A DNA stretch of 63,998 bases, counting the filler, from Basidiobolus ranarum (lineage: Eukaryota): the NCBI GenBank assembly GCA_040143965.1. It is 12 parts of 12 records of this genome, joined end to end, with 100 filler letters (N's around TTAATTAATTAA, not from the genome) between each part and the next. Parts side by side here need not be neighbours in the genome. Positions count along the whole stretch, not along the records: positions 26,889 to 32,156 come from JASJQH010008528.1; positions 32,257 to 37,519 come from JASJQH010008529.1; positions 37,620 to 42,873 come from JASJQH010008530.1; 9 more parts are not named here. One strand, written 5' to 3'. A program made the position numbers and the translations under genes. The notes under the pieces were generated by a model that worked only from the letters and a program-made list of their open reading frames with translations, was not told the origin of the DNA and did no database searches. Numbering within the stretch: the stretch's first letter is position 1; every line of letters begins with the position of its first letter. Of this stretch, positions 26,889 to 38,921 are shown piece by piece.

Positions 26889-27010
26889 ATTACTTCAATC
26901 AACAGTTACATAAACGAAGCAGCACTCGAGAACATTATGGTACTCTTCAGTTGAATGTTCGCCGTCAATACGTATTTGAGGATTCATTCCATCAACTACC
27001 TGGTTGCTTC
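26889..27010 (+). pseudogene. Fragment resembling the pre-HECT region of Tom1/HUWE1 E3 ligase
   Basis: YFNQQLHKRSSTREHYGTLQLNVRRQYVFEDSFHQL. Similarity then stops and no HECT core is visible downstream. Confidence 0.7.
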
Positions 27011-28865
27011 TATGTGAGTGGAGCAAGCATTATCAAAGTCCCTTCGAAAAAAATGACAGTCTTCCTTAGTGATGTAGTCATTCCCAGCTTATATTAGAAA
27101 CCAGTTAGAGGATCGACTGTAGATGACAACATCCTGACCTAGACTGGGATAAAATACTAAATATATACTATGGCATTGCTACCTCTCTGTCAAATTAATT
27201 TTATTGGGAAAATATAAACATTCCAGGGATACGAGAAATATGGAGAATGATTGGATAATTCTCACGGATCATGATTTCTCAGTTAAACCGTCGAGATCTA
27301 AAATCAACATAAGTTAGTGGTAATAGTTGACTTAGCAGTCATGATTATGATTGAACACCGTGCGCCAACAAAACTTTGTGCACAAATCCCTCTCCCCAAG
27401 TTGCATATATCTTTCAACCCATGAAGCAAACTAGGTGTTTGTATCGTAATAATGACAAAATATATCATAGCCAAAAGCCATTTTCGTTAACTGGGTACCT
27501 CACCCTGAAAATTATTTTGCGAATTATGTATACATTAGCTAAGTCAAAGTAATCGTTGACAAACACTGTGATAATGACCAATGGTAAGAAACCTTAAAGA
27601 GAACCGCTGCCTCTCTGAATACTCTAGAATATTCATCCGAAAAATTCCTCTTGGTCAAATTCAATTGAGTTATTCAAAAAGTTACATAGGCTAAGGATAC
27701 AATACTGGAACTAAAACAATACTGAATCAGTGGTAGATAGATGAAGTTATTTATTCTTGACGAAGTACCCGTTGTATTTCGGAGAGTAATCAGTGTTCTT
27801 ACGTACTCTATTGAGGTAGTAACTCATTGTTGTTAGCATATCAGGCCGTTCTATCTGTATTTATACTATTCCAACTGCAATTGAGTGAGCACTCAACCAA
27901 GTGATTGGAAAGAGAAAGAATCCTTTATTTGAAGGTATCGATTTCGCGACAAAAGCTCTGGGTTGGTTAGTACTCCTTCAAACCAAAGCATGCTGGAATG
28001 AAAGACGGCATGATGACTTGCCATAAAGGCACCGCAAGTTATTGAAAGCGTATGTCCTCATATCTAAACCATATCTGATTCTCTGAAACAAGTTATAGGT
28101 TTTCGACTGACTAGGCTGCAGACCTTTTTCTTTCATATGACACGCAATATTGCTTTATCACCAGCTTGATTAATGAAACCTTCCTGTCTTGCCTTACCAA
28201 TTATGACTATCAGTCGCCAAGCTAGTGCCCACACCTAAGTGGTTCTACTAGAGAAAGTAGCATTCGAATGGAGTCTGGTCTATCCGAATCGATTCATTGA
28301 AAATAGAACACCGACCTTCTGCTTGAGACTCTTCAAAAGCATCACCGTAACAATACCATCGGTCACTGCATACTTTGTGTCATTAAATTCTATTCTATTT
28401 TATGTGTATATTTGCATAATAAATCACTCGAGGCCTCCAAATCAGATTCAAATGATCAGCACAAAACATTTGGTAAATTAAACTAGCAAGGTATCTCTTT
28501 ACATAGCAAAAGGTGGATCAAACATTTGGCTACGTTTGACCAATCACCATCGTATATAGATAGACCAACACAACGTTACGAGCTGGTTCCATATATTAAG
28601 GCAGGGCTCGTACTCGTTAATCTTTCGCAAATTTCAAATTTCAAATCTCTCAGATTCCACCTTAAATCGTAAGTTTATCTTTTGAGATTCATTACCTTTC
28701 ACTTGGTTGCCAATTTCTGAACCTTCTATCTCCACGACTTGGTAAATGAAATAGGTTCGTAGACTACTTCTCTCTCCTCAAACATATAGTGTATGATAGC
28801 TTTAACCTATTTAATCACTTTGAATTCAATGTTTATCTTATATCGAATCCAATATAGCTTAGAAT

Positions 28866-30269
28866 ATGGAGGCACATACGTTATCATCGGTACATGGGCT
28901 CTTTCTGGCATACAGACTCCTTTGAATGTGTTGATACTGACAAGTGTTTTCTTCACTTGGGTAATGCATAGGTTTTACTTTCCGATTCAACTTTCCCAAG
29001 TGAAAAGTATCGCTCTTCGTCGAAGAAAAGTTTCCGAAAAAAAGAAGACGACAAACCCACTCGACATACAAGGGAGGTTAAAAGTAAAGAATTGCGAAGT
29101 TTAGGTTTCTCTGATACGAAGTATACACACACGTTTACTTTTGCTAGTTACACTACCTTATATTTAACTTGATTTTTTCTAGCTTTCCAGTAAACAACAA
29201 AGACTCAACAAACCTTCGTTCTGCTAACGACCTAGAGAACCTGAAACCAGCCACATGCTTTAAAGGTAGAGAAGTAGTACTTGTGGATCCGTTAGATGAG
29301 AGTGCCGATTATTGGTGGCCGGCAATGGTAAAGTTCCACCCAAACGATGATTTTAAAGTTTAACTTTGACGAAAACTCAACTTGCTATAGATAGTTCCAC
29401 CTACGGAAATTGACCGTAGTATGATTTCTCGTAAACTCGAACGAGATGAATGTTTGGTTCGATATTTTGAAGATAACAAATTGTATTGATGATTTTCTTG
29501 CTTTTAGTATTAACTTGAGCTAACTATATTTATAACGTCTAGCTCGGTGTGTAAAGATAGCGAACTCACCCATTTTCGACCAGATAGCAATTCGTTTAAC
29601 GAATTTTCACATAGTACCGCTTTTCTAACTGACCCTGGAGTTCTGATAGCCTTGAATTATTTACAAACAGGTGAGCTTGGCAAGAAATTCATGTGGAAGC
29701 TCTGGGGTAAAGACAAGGAGGTACCGCCCATTGCAACACAACCAGACCCCTCGTCTCTAGACCAAGATCCTCAGAGTATGGTTTCAAGATCTCAAACTCC
29801 ACAGAGGAGACAATTACGAGAGCTAAAAAATTCTAGTCGTAAGAGAAAAAGTGCACCCAATGATGATGAGCCAGAGATTAATCATAGCCAAGAAACTAAT
29901 GAGATATCCAATCCAAGCAAGCGAAATACTTTAAAATCCAATGCTTGCGATAACACCAAACCCGTCCGAAATGTGCGCGTTAAAACGAGCCATGAATCCC
30001 CAGCTCCATCTCGAGCTCAATCTGCTGATCCCAACATTCCGGTCAATAAGCCCGACGATAAGCACGACCCTGAGCCCAAGGGGAATACTGAATCTCAACC
30101 AGAACATGGAAAACCAATGACAGTTAAAGAGATTTTGAAGCGAATGAAGGCTTTACGGAGGGAATACAAGAGAATCGGGAGAGGTGTAAGACGCGTGGCC
30201 AAAGAGTTGATTGTTCATAAGGCAGGCGATGGGCGAATCACTAGATCCATGATGCGCCGCAAGAAGTAG
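28866..30269 (+). CDS. PWWP-domain chromatin protein, 5 exons, about 378 aa
   Basis: Exons 28866-28889, 28972-29120, 29183-29327, 29391-29482 and 29543-30269 splice in frame. VVLV...YWWPAMIVP...CLVRYFEDNKFSV, then a disordered region and a basic helical C-terminus. The first exon is least certain. Confidence 0.8.
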
Positions 30270-30799
30270 GCCTTTCTTCCCTTCCAGGTAGCAGTTTATA
30301 GAATAGCACCCACTCGCATTCGAATTTCTCCATCGGTAGTCTTTTCGATATAGTTATATACCATGCTGTAAATAGTCAGGGTTAAGTAATTCCGTTACTA
30401 TGAAGAATCAAAGCCATTATTACGTGTGCGCACAATGTATTGTAAATAATCCTTATAGTAATTCCCAATAGCTCAATAACTTCGATCATTCTACCAATTA
30501 ATCACTCTGGTGATACCAGCATTGGATGAGATTCGATTAGTCCTACTTACCGCTTTTAGTAGCTCTCCATTGATCTTAATTAGGTTTACCTGGCAATAAA
30601 TTCTTGAAACTAGTCAATCACTTCGCTTGCTTTCGATGCGGACCCATCCTTGCCAAACACAGTAATCATTTTGTGGTCAAATGAGCGGGATATTTGGGAA
30701 TATAAGTGCAGCTTTTTAAGCAGACATCTACGCTACTCTCATAGTGGAGTCAAATCTAGATTAACTTATGGATGGTCGCATGATTCATGAGTAAATGGC

Positions 30800-31423
30800 G
30801 TCCCTTATCTAGCATTTCTCAAATTTCGGAAATATTGTTGCAGCTGATTCCAGAAGTGACTAAAATCTTACGAGTAGCCCTAACCCTACTGCCCATGGAA
30901 AGGATATGTATGAGATTTGCTAAAATCGATCCACTATAAATCATCGGGAATGGATATGGATATGGGGATATGATGTCTAGCATCAAGATCCTGCATGATT
31001 CAAAAGACGAGTGGGTCAACTGCGACTCATAAGTTAACAATGGAAATTGAACTTTTTTTATTAGCGTACTTCATGTTGACTGGCTCGTAAGAACAGCACT
31101 GAAAGTACTTATCCCAATAGTAGAGTATTAGATCCTTGTAAGTTCCTGATTCTGTCAAAGCTTTCTGTTTGTCAGGCTTGTAGCTTTTGAGGAGTGACAA
31201 AAAGACTTCTTTAAAAAAACCAACATTAATGAAATCCTCCAAAGGAAACGCATTAAAGATGTACTCCAGAAAGGAAGACGTATGTGATACAAGGATATGA
31301 ACATTAGCAAGTGACATGAGTAGTGGAACGTACTGTGGCTTCCAACCAATACCAGCGATTACGCTTTTGACTGCTATAATATTTAGAGGTGTTCCATAGA
31401 GAAGAGAGAAAGTGAATTGACAT
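30800..31423 (-). pseudogene. Decayed gene, weakly resembling the ASCC2/Cue3 N-terminus
   Basis: LVSHTSSFLEYIFNAFPLEDFIN..FKEVFLSLLK..YKDLI..[GT-AG intron]..LMLDII. Frames are broken. The resemblance is judged from memory only. Confidence 0.3.
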
Positions 31424-32256
31424 TTTTTTTGGTTTCTTATGTCGTTAGTTTTAACGCATCACTAATATATTGTATTTAACACATCACTGGTGTTAATGTT
31501 TTTTCACAACATTTTTAATAGCAACAAGGTTTAACGAATTTCAACCGTGGAACTTTGTTCAATATTTTGAATATCTGATCTGTATGGTATAGAAGACTAA
31601 ATATCATACATGGTTTGTACGTTAATGAATGCAAGCTGTGTTTTCTGATAAGACTCTGGATATATTATACTTTGTTTATTTGGCTCGAAACAAGACAGTT
31701 AAACTAATTCTCTGATGAAATGTGCGAAAACTATTGATAAATACCGCACCGTAGGTCTTTCAGTCTGTGTACTACAAACTATCTTTTTGAGGAGCAGTGG
31801 TTAATTTAAACTCTGCCCCTTCTCTTATGCACATGGAAAAGAATACTTGTGCTTATACTGTTTAACTAAACAAAATATCAACATTTCAAATCCAACGTCT
31901 CATTTTAGATTAAAACACTATCAATTATACATGAATAAGCAGCATCTCGGCTCTCTTGAGAAGATGAAAGGATAGCTTACGGCATTTCGGTGATTTATTC
32001 TATGGAATTTTGGTTTTGCGAACTTGGTGTATTTGGATATTTCCTTTAGGGGATCTCTATTTGGATGACCAGTTTTTGGTGACTTTTGAGCTTATCTCGT
32101 TGAAAGTGGCTTTTGGGTCTAGCATTCTTTGTTCTCAGAGGATTAAGAAACGATGGNNNNNNNNNNNNNNNNNNNNNNNNNNNNNNNNNNNNNNNNNNNN
32201 TTAATTAATTAANNNNNNNNNNNNNNNNNNNNNNNNNNNNNNNNNNNNNNNNNNNN

Positions 32257-32597
32257 TCTTGACAAAACTATAAATGTCAACTGAATACTCAATAAATCAA
32301 TAAGTGAAAACCACCAATTCCTCTAATTCTCCAAACCACTTCCAACAGGCTCCCAAATACTTTAACATTATCAAGATGTAAGCAAACTAACATCTAGAAT
32401 GTGTTGAGAAAGGTCCCAGAAACATCCGTCCAAAGCTTAGGGCTTTTAGCACAAGTTTGAAAAAATCTATGTAGCCAGGAACTTGTAAGTAAATTCTTCT
32501 TGAGAATAGTGCGTGATATCTATATGTCCAATATAGGATAACTAAATACCAAGCTATATACGACTATATAGGTGTTTAGGCAATGCTAATTTCAACA
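32257..32597. mobile_element. Copia family B LTR (ends 32367) inserted in opposite orientation inside another family B LTR (32368-32597)
   Basis: The first part is the reverse complement of the left half of the 24249 LTR. The second part is the right half in forward orientation, ending TTCAACA. Confidence 0.85.
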
Positions 32598-35007
32598 AAT
32601 ACAAGTTCAACAATAGAGTATTTCAGGTTTGATTTTAATAAATATATACATGTAGTTGCATCAAGCCCCCCTGTGAGTTATCACCTTGTACATAATCAGT
32701 CAAGCTGACCGAGATATTATGTTGAATTGAGCTCACTTTGGTGTATATATCCAACATTTGTCTCATTCAACTTTCATTTCTGATTTAGATATTTGTTCAC
32801 CTCCATTTAGTAAATTATAATGATGTCAGGGGGAAAATTGCATCATGAGTCAAAGAGTTAGTTGCTGAGAAACAGTCTCTTTGGTGTATCTGTGAAGTTA
32901 TCGTAGTTGCAAAGTTTATAAAATATTTAACATTTGGTATCATTGGAGAGACAACTATGGGGTTGCAGTCAATACTCTCTGATACCATGAATTACTTGTG
33001 AAAAATTGTGTTGAAAGGTCAAAATCACATTTCTATTGGCACTTTCCATTCGCCAAACAGAATACATTTCGCATCTATACTTGGTGATGCATTTGATAAT
33101 AGTAAGCTAACAATTATTCCTCAGAACAGCAATCTTTAATCAAGGCTATATATTGAGCATGTAAACTCATGCTCTAAGATACAGCAGGGATATTTCTATT
33201 GCTTATACACATAATGTACGACACTATAAACAGGCAGCCAATAATAATTTCGATTAGAAATCACTTGTAGCAAGAGAAATGTACCGAAATTTGAATTGTA
33301 GTTATTACTGTTAAAAGTGCCGAAAATGATGATACATACAACTTTTATTGGCAAGAATGAAAGTGGGTAAAATTTGGAGATCCTATGTTCTACTAGTAAT
33401 TTCAAAAACCAATTTTTCACTGCTTTTGAATTGGGAAATTTTCCTATTCTAGTCTGGGGTATCTCGGAATATTTTGGACAAGTTGAGTGATTAGCATACG
33501 TGGGGAATTCTAAATTTCTTAGAGTTTATCCTGCATTCATAGATCAACATTATAGGTATATAAACTATGTAGAATACTTGAATACTTTAGTGCTTAACTA
33601 CTGATTCCGCTTAAAATCACAAACTATTCGAAATAAGGCATTGATGGGGGAACTGTGCATAAGCACTGCACAATTGATTGTTACAACACATGACATCACC
33701 GGCTCATCTCTAATCTATATTTAGTGATGTAAGTATGGATAAATCCCGAAAACCCTAGGTTTTCACATTAAATGCAATCATAAGTTAAGACGCCAACAGA
33801 CTAGAAGCGAACCGCTGTAAGTCTAGAACGTGAAATATCCCTGGTCGCCATATTCCTTCCGCCAGCCTTAACGAAATTGGGTCTTAACGCAGCTAGCCAT
33901 GTTGACTTAATATGATGAAGTTAATCTTAAGAACAATTATATTGTTGTAGCAGAAGTATTCATTTCCGGTACTATGCTAAGAGAGGTATCTATTTCAGAT
34001 ACCATTAGATATGACTGACCTCACCAACTCGAGCAGATAGTTGGCAGGTTAATGGTTTGTATTACCTCGCCATACCGGCCTACCAAAGCCCAAATCCTAG
34101 CCAACCATCGCTGATGCCCTTTACAAAACTCTTAACGTACCTGATCATTGTAAGATCATCCATATTAGTCATTTTTGTCAGTATTCAGCTCTAGCAATGC
34201 TAAACCAACCAAGAATCAATTAGGGGCGGTCTATTGGCTACGTCCATTGTAACACAAATCTTGGCCACCCTTGCTGGTCTCAGAGTGGAGATAATGAGTG
34301 AATTCAAAATCAGTTAAGTTTATTATTTAAGGAAAAAGTCATCCGCCTACAATCCACCAAAATTGGAAATGCACCGTTAAAATCTGATGATGTGCATGGG
34401 GTTATAATCAAGATCAGGCCTCAGAATAGAACATCCATAGGAATAGGCACTTCAGAGACGGGTACTGATATCTAAGGAAATACAAGGTGTTACCAGAACG
34501 CGAAGCGCGTCCTCAACACTAGGCAATCTCGCTGAATTGAACCACCAGTTACGGATTCCCATTTCGGCTTCATAGGCCGGTTAATATCGAGATGTCACTG
34601 CATTGGAATATATGAAAATCTTGAATTGCCCGCATATGTCTCATTGGTGCATAATTTATATGCATGGTTGATATCATTCCTAATTCAAGGCCGAGTTGCA
34701 TGGATCTTCTTGGTCTGTACTAAAAGAGATAATGAAAACAAAGCAGTGCCAATCTATGTTTACATTGCCTTGTCGGACCATATCATTAACTACTTATGCT
34801 AACATCATGGCAGAGTTTATTCATACTGGGAAACTCTTAAATATTATTACACTACACATGAATAGTTTTGAGATATCTGCTTCATCGAAATTCATCGATA
34901 ACGAGGTCAACAAACAGATATTTGGAAATGCTGTAGGTAAGTAACACTACATACAAATCTGTTGATTTTTTTGTTCTCACAACCCACAAGAAGGCCAAAA
35001 CGGACTC

Positions 35008-35014
35008 TATATAA
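35008..35014 (+). promoter_or_regulatory. TATA box of the LPMO gene
   Basis: TATATAA about 80 bp upstream of the ATG at 35091. Confidence 0.6.
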
Positions 35015-35090
35015 GAGATGAGACAAACGTCTGTCGCTGATCATCAAGTAATTTGACTCATTTTATCAACAAGCAAAGCTTTCGACAACA

Positions 35091-36196
35091 ATGTTCTCCA
35101 AGTTCTCTACTTCTCTCATCTTTTTACTTGGTGTCTCATCCACTGTTATGGCCCATATGTCCATGACCCAGCCTGCTCCTCGTAAGTCAAAGTACAACTC
35201 TTTCTACAAGGGTGATTCCATTGACTACAATATGGATGCTCCACTCAATGACGGGGTAAGTAAATATTTACTTGATATCAGGTTGCTTTCTCGGGTAGGC
35301 TGCTAGGAATGGTATGGGATGAAGCCAAAGCTGCCTTAACCACCACTTTCTATGCCTTGATGTGAAAGCATGCTTGTAGTCCGATTGTCAACTGATCTGT
35401 TTACTAATCATATTCTTTCACCTTTTAGTATGCTTACCCTTGTCGTGGTTATGGAGCTGGACCAAGTGTTGCTACTTACACCGCTGGCGGATCAGCTCAA
35501 GTCAACCTTGATGGTGGAGCTCCTCACAATGGTGGACATTGTCAGTTTTCACTTTCAGTCGATGGAGGCAAGACCTTTGTCGTCATGAAGACTGTGATGG
35601 GTGATTGCATGATCGCCTCTCGTACTTACAGCGTCCCCATCCCCAAGAATGTTCCCAATGGCAAGGCCATCTTTGGATGGACCTGGGTCAACAAGACTGG
35701 TAATCGTGAATACTACATGAACTGTGCCGATGTCACCATTCAAGGTGGTAGCGGCCAGTGCATTAGTGGACCCAAGAATCTCATTGCCAACATTGATGGA
35801 TACCCTACTATTCCCGAGTTCACTGCTGGTGGATATGATGGCACTGATCTCTTCAACAAGAGACCATTCATCACATCTTGCTCCAATGGCAACACCTCCG
35901 GTGGCGAAGAACCTAAGCCTGAACCTCAACCAGAGCCTACCAAAGAACCCTCAAAGAAGCCCCAACCTTCTGAGGAACCCAAACCAGATCCCCAACCCGA
36001 CACTCCCTCCAAGAAGCCTCAGCGCACCCCAGAGCCCCAACCTGAGCCCGCTCAACCATCTGGAAAGTGCGAGATCAAGTGTCTTGGTGGAGCTGACTTT
36101 CAAATTTGTGGTAATGGCGGTGCCACTCCATTCCGTATGAAGTGCGCTCCAGGTACCACCTGCCATATGGTGGAAGGACAAGCTGGCTGCTTCTAA
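35091..36196 (+). CDS. Secreted AA11-type lytic polysaccharide monooxygenase with P/E/K linker and C-terminal CBM19-like module, about 310 aa
   Basis: Exons 35091-35255 and 35429-36196. Signal peptide ending VMA, followed by His1 (HMSMTQPAP). Motifs YPC, APHNGGHCQFSLS and WTWVNKTGNREYYMNCADV. Confidence 0.92.
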
Positions 36197-37125
36197 GAAT
36201 GCCAAAATACTGTATCAAATGGGTAAATAGACCATATATATGTGTATAGGTGTTTCTTCCTGCGGTTCCTTTGTTTCAAAATTTCCACTTTGCCCCCTTA
36301 TGATATTATGATATCTTTCGAAGTATTAGCTTATCAATATGACGACGCCAGTGCTTCTTCAAAATTCAGTTAAAAATGTATATGCTTTACTCTTACAGAA
36401 GTTTCTTTCCTCCCCTTTTCCTTCATCCATTTGCATTCGTTTCTTTTAGTCAGATAGTTTGGATTTGGAACGATATAATTTGAATTATATCAAAATATAT
36501 AAAGCTTATGCATTGATACCATATATGAATAATTGAAATAATTAGTTTGAATCATAGAATATTCTCATTATCTAAATCGGGAGTAAACATTAATGATTAA
36601 GATCATTAAACATGTAAAGTAATTCACCTATCTCCGAAATTTTACTGTTGGTAATTGACATTCGATTGGATTGAAATAAGCTTAACAATTATTGAGGTGA
36701 CACATGATAATTCCAACTTAATGGATGCTCCTTGATTATAATTTGAAAATATTCAACGAGATGCATTTTTTAACCACTTTCCCATTAATAAAATATAATA
36801 CCAAGTTAATTATCAATTTCTATTTCATCCACTTGGATACCGACTCCCACACACCGATAAAAGTTGTACCTAATTGAACAAAAGGAGTGTTCATCACGAG
36901 AACATCTCTTGAATATTTATCAACATCTTAATATGTGAATGAATGTAACTAACAAAACGTGAATATGGATGTGAAAATGATGTCATTTATTAAACAGAAT
37001 GAACAAATGAAAAACTATAAAGCCTAAAATCTATACAGTATCGGATCTATAGCAAAAAAAACCAAAGGGTATTTACCAAAAATCTGAAAGTTACGATGAG
37101 CTTGTCATCCGAAACTCTCGTCTAT

Positions 37126-37519
37126 TTAGAAGCAAGCAGCTTGGCCAGAGACAATATGGCAGGTAGTACCAGGAGCACATCTCATACGGAATGGGGTAGC
37201 ACCTCCGTTAGCACAAACTTGGAAGTAAGGTCCACCAAGACACTTGATCTCGCACTTTCCAGATGGTTGAGAGGGCTCGGGCTTTGAGGTAGGCTCAGGC
37301 TTGGGTTGGGGTTCAGGTTTGAGTGAAGGTTGAGGAGTGGGGGTGGATTGGGGTTTGCCAGAGGGAGTTTTGGTGGGCTTGGGCTGAGGTTCAGGCTTAG
37401 GTTCTTCGCCACCGGAGGTGTTGCCATTGGAGCAAGATGTGATGAATGGTCTTTTGTTGAAGAGATCAGTACCATCATATCCACCAGCAGTGAACTCGGG
37501 AATAGTAGGGTATCCAGCA
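37126..37519 (-). CDS. Second AA11-CBM19 paralog, 3' part only (cut by contig end)
   Basis: GYPTIPEFTAGGYDGTDLFNKRPFITSCSNG...GKCEIKCLGGPYFQVCANGGATPFRMRCAPGTTCHIVSGQAACF*. Near-identical to 35797-36196 outside the linker. Confidence 0.9.
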
Positions 37520-37931
37520 NNNNNNNNNNNNNNNNNNNNNNNNNNNNNNNNNNNNNNNNNNNNTTAATTAATTAANNNNNNNNNNNNNNNNNNNNNNNNN
37601 NNNNNNNNNNNNNNNNNNNTGCTGACTTGCACTTACTAGGAATTCCTTGTTGACTTCTTTAGTGTAGCATGTGTGCAGCCCAGAATATATAAGGGCATTA
37701 CGTACTTGTTATGGACTCAAACTTTCACAGATTAAATATCGGCAGTTACTTTATGAAGTTGTCTATCTGTCAAAGATAGCTTTAATACCGGAAATTTGCT
37801 TATTTTCTGATAAGTGATCTCCATTAAAGTAATTGTTTGTTTATTTCGTAAGGTTATTTGAATATATGAAATATCATGTTTTAAAGGATATACTGATAAG
37901 AAAGTGGTGAAAATATGATTTCCTTAACTAT

Positions 37932-38921
37932 TCAAAGATAATAACTTTGCAAGACAAATAACTGAGCAGGGGTAAGATGTTCGTATTGATTTCTTGCATT
38001 TGGATAACTGAAAGTATTAAATAGTGAGGTCTCATGTTGTAAAAAAGCAACAAGAGTATTCCAAGTTGGCACGTGGAAACCGACCAATTTACTTGTTGTT
38101 GCAACCTCAGGATATTGAAGAATACCAATACCTAAATAATTCGCTAATAAAAATAGAGGTATTGCCTTTTCCAAGTTTGATTTGAACTTGGTTGAAATAA
38201 AGTTTGAATCCTGGGCTCCTCCTAACTCCTTAACCCTTTTTCTCAATTTTTTAGTCCATCCTCGACTTGTATGAGAATATAGAGCTGGATCCTGCATCAT
38301 TTGCTCTGTGCAGAATGCAAGATACGCTTGAACTAGCTTGTAGGATTGAAGATTAGCCATTATTAGTGCATTATGCCCCAAAGTCTCATAGCGGCTGATG
38401 GACCTATTAAATCTTAGCAGCTTTGAGATGTGTGTTTTAAGAAGCTTCTTTTCTTGTCTTATTGGTTGAACTAGCTTTAAAATATCATTATGAGTAATTA
38501 TACTCCGTGGATCTTGCTGATGTGCTCTCCTATAGTCAAATATTCTTTCCTCCATGTTTAGAAGTCGGGTCCATTGTTTCTTATCGGCCGGTTTAAAGCT
38601 TTGCTGCAAATCTTTACTCTCATTAAGCCATCTTTCAAGCTGGGAAGATTTCATAGAGATAATATTCATATCCTCATAGTTGGTAGAACTTGAGATGCTG
38701 ACTTGCGGAGACAATTGTCTACTAATAACTGGTGATGGTTTGGCTCTTACAGGCTGCTTTCGAGATTTCACACCCATGGTGCTATCAATAATTGCTTGAG
38801 TATGAGTTGAAGGTATTATCATTGCTTCTAAGGAAAAGCTGGCCTTGGATATATCCATATTACATTCAACAGTCATGAGTTGATGATACTGCATCATTGT
38901 ATTCACACCAACACAGAGCAT
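37932..38921 (-). CDS. Hypothetical 329-aa intronless protein, probably transposon-borne
   Basis: A 990-bp uninterrupted ORF in AT-rich, CpG-poor sequence. No recognisable domain. Confidence 0.6.
   Translation of the reverse strand: MLCVGVNTMMQYHQLMTVECNMDISKASFSLEAMIIPSTHTQAIIDSTMGVKSRKQPVRAKPSPVISRQLSPQVSISSSTNYEDMNIISMKSSQLERWLNESKDLQQSFKPADKKQWTRLLNMEERIFDYRRAHQQDPRSIITHNDILKLVQPIRQEKKLLKTHISKLLRFNRSISRYETLGHNALIMANLQSYKLVQAYLAFCTEQMMQDPALYSHTSRGWTKKLRKRVKELGGAQDSNFISTKFKSNLEKAIPLFLLANYLGIGILQYPEVATTSKLVGFHVPTWNTLVAFLQHETSLFNTFSYPNARNQYEHLTPAQLFVLQSYYL

Noticed and set aside
30880-30890. CCCTAACCCTA as a telomeric relic
   Set aside because: Under two units and isolated; compatible with chance.
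35256-35428. TPP riboswitch in the LPMO intron
   Set aside because: It lacks the CTGAGA and GAA.CTGAT..G.TAAT core motifs, and the gene is unrelated to thiamine.
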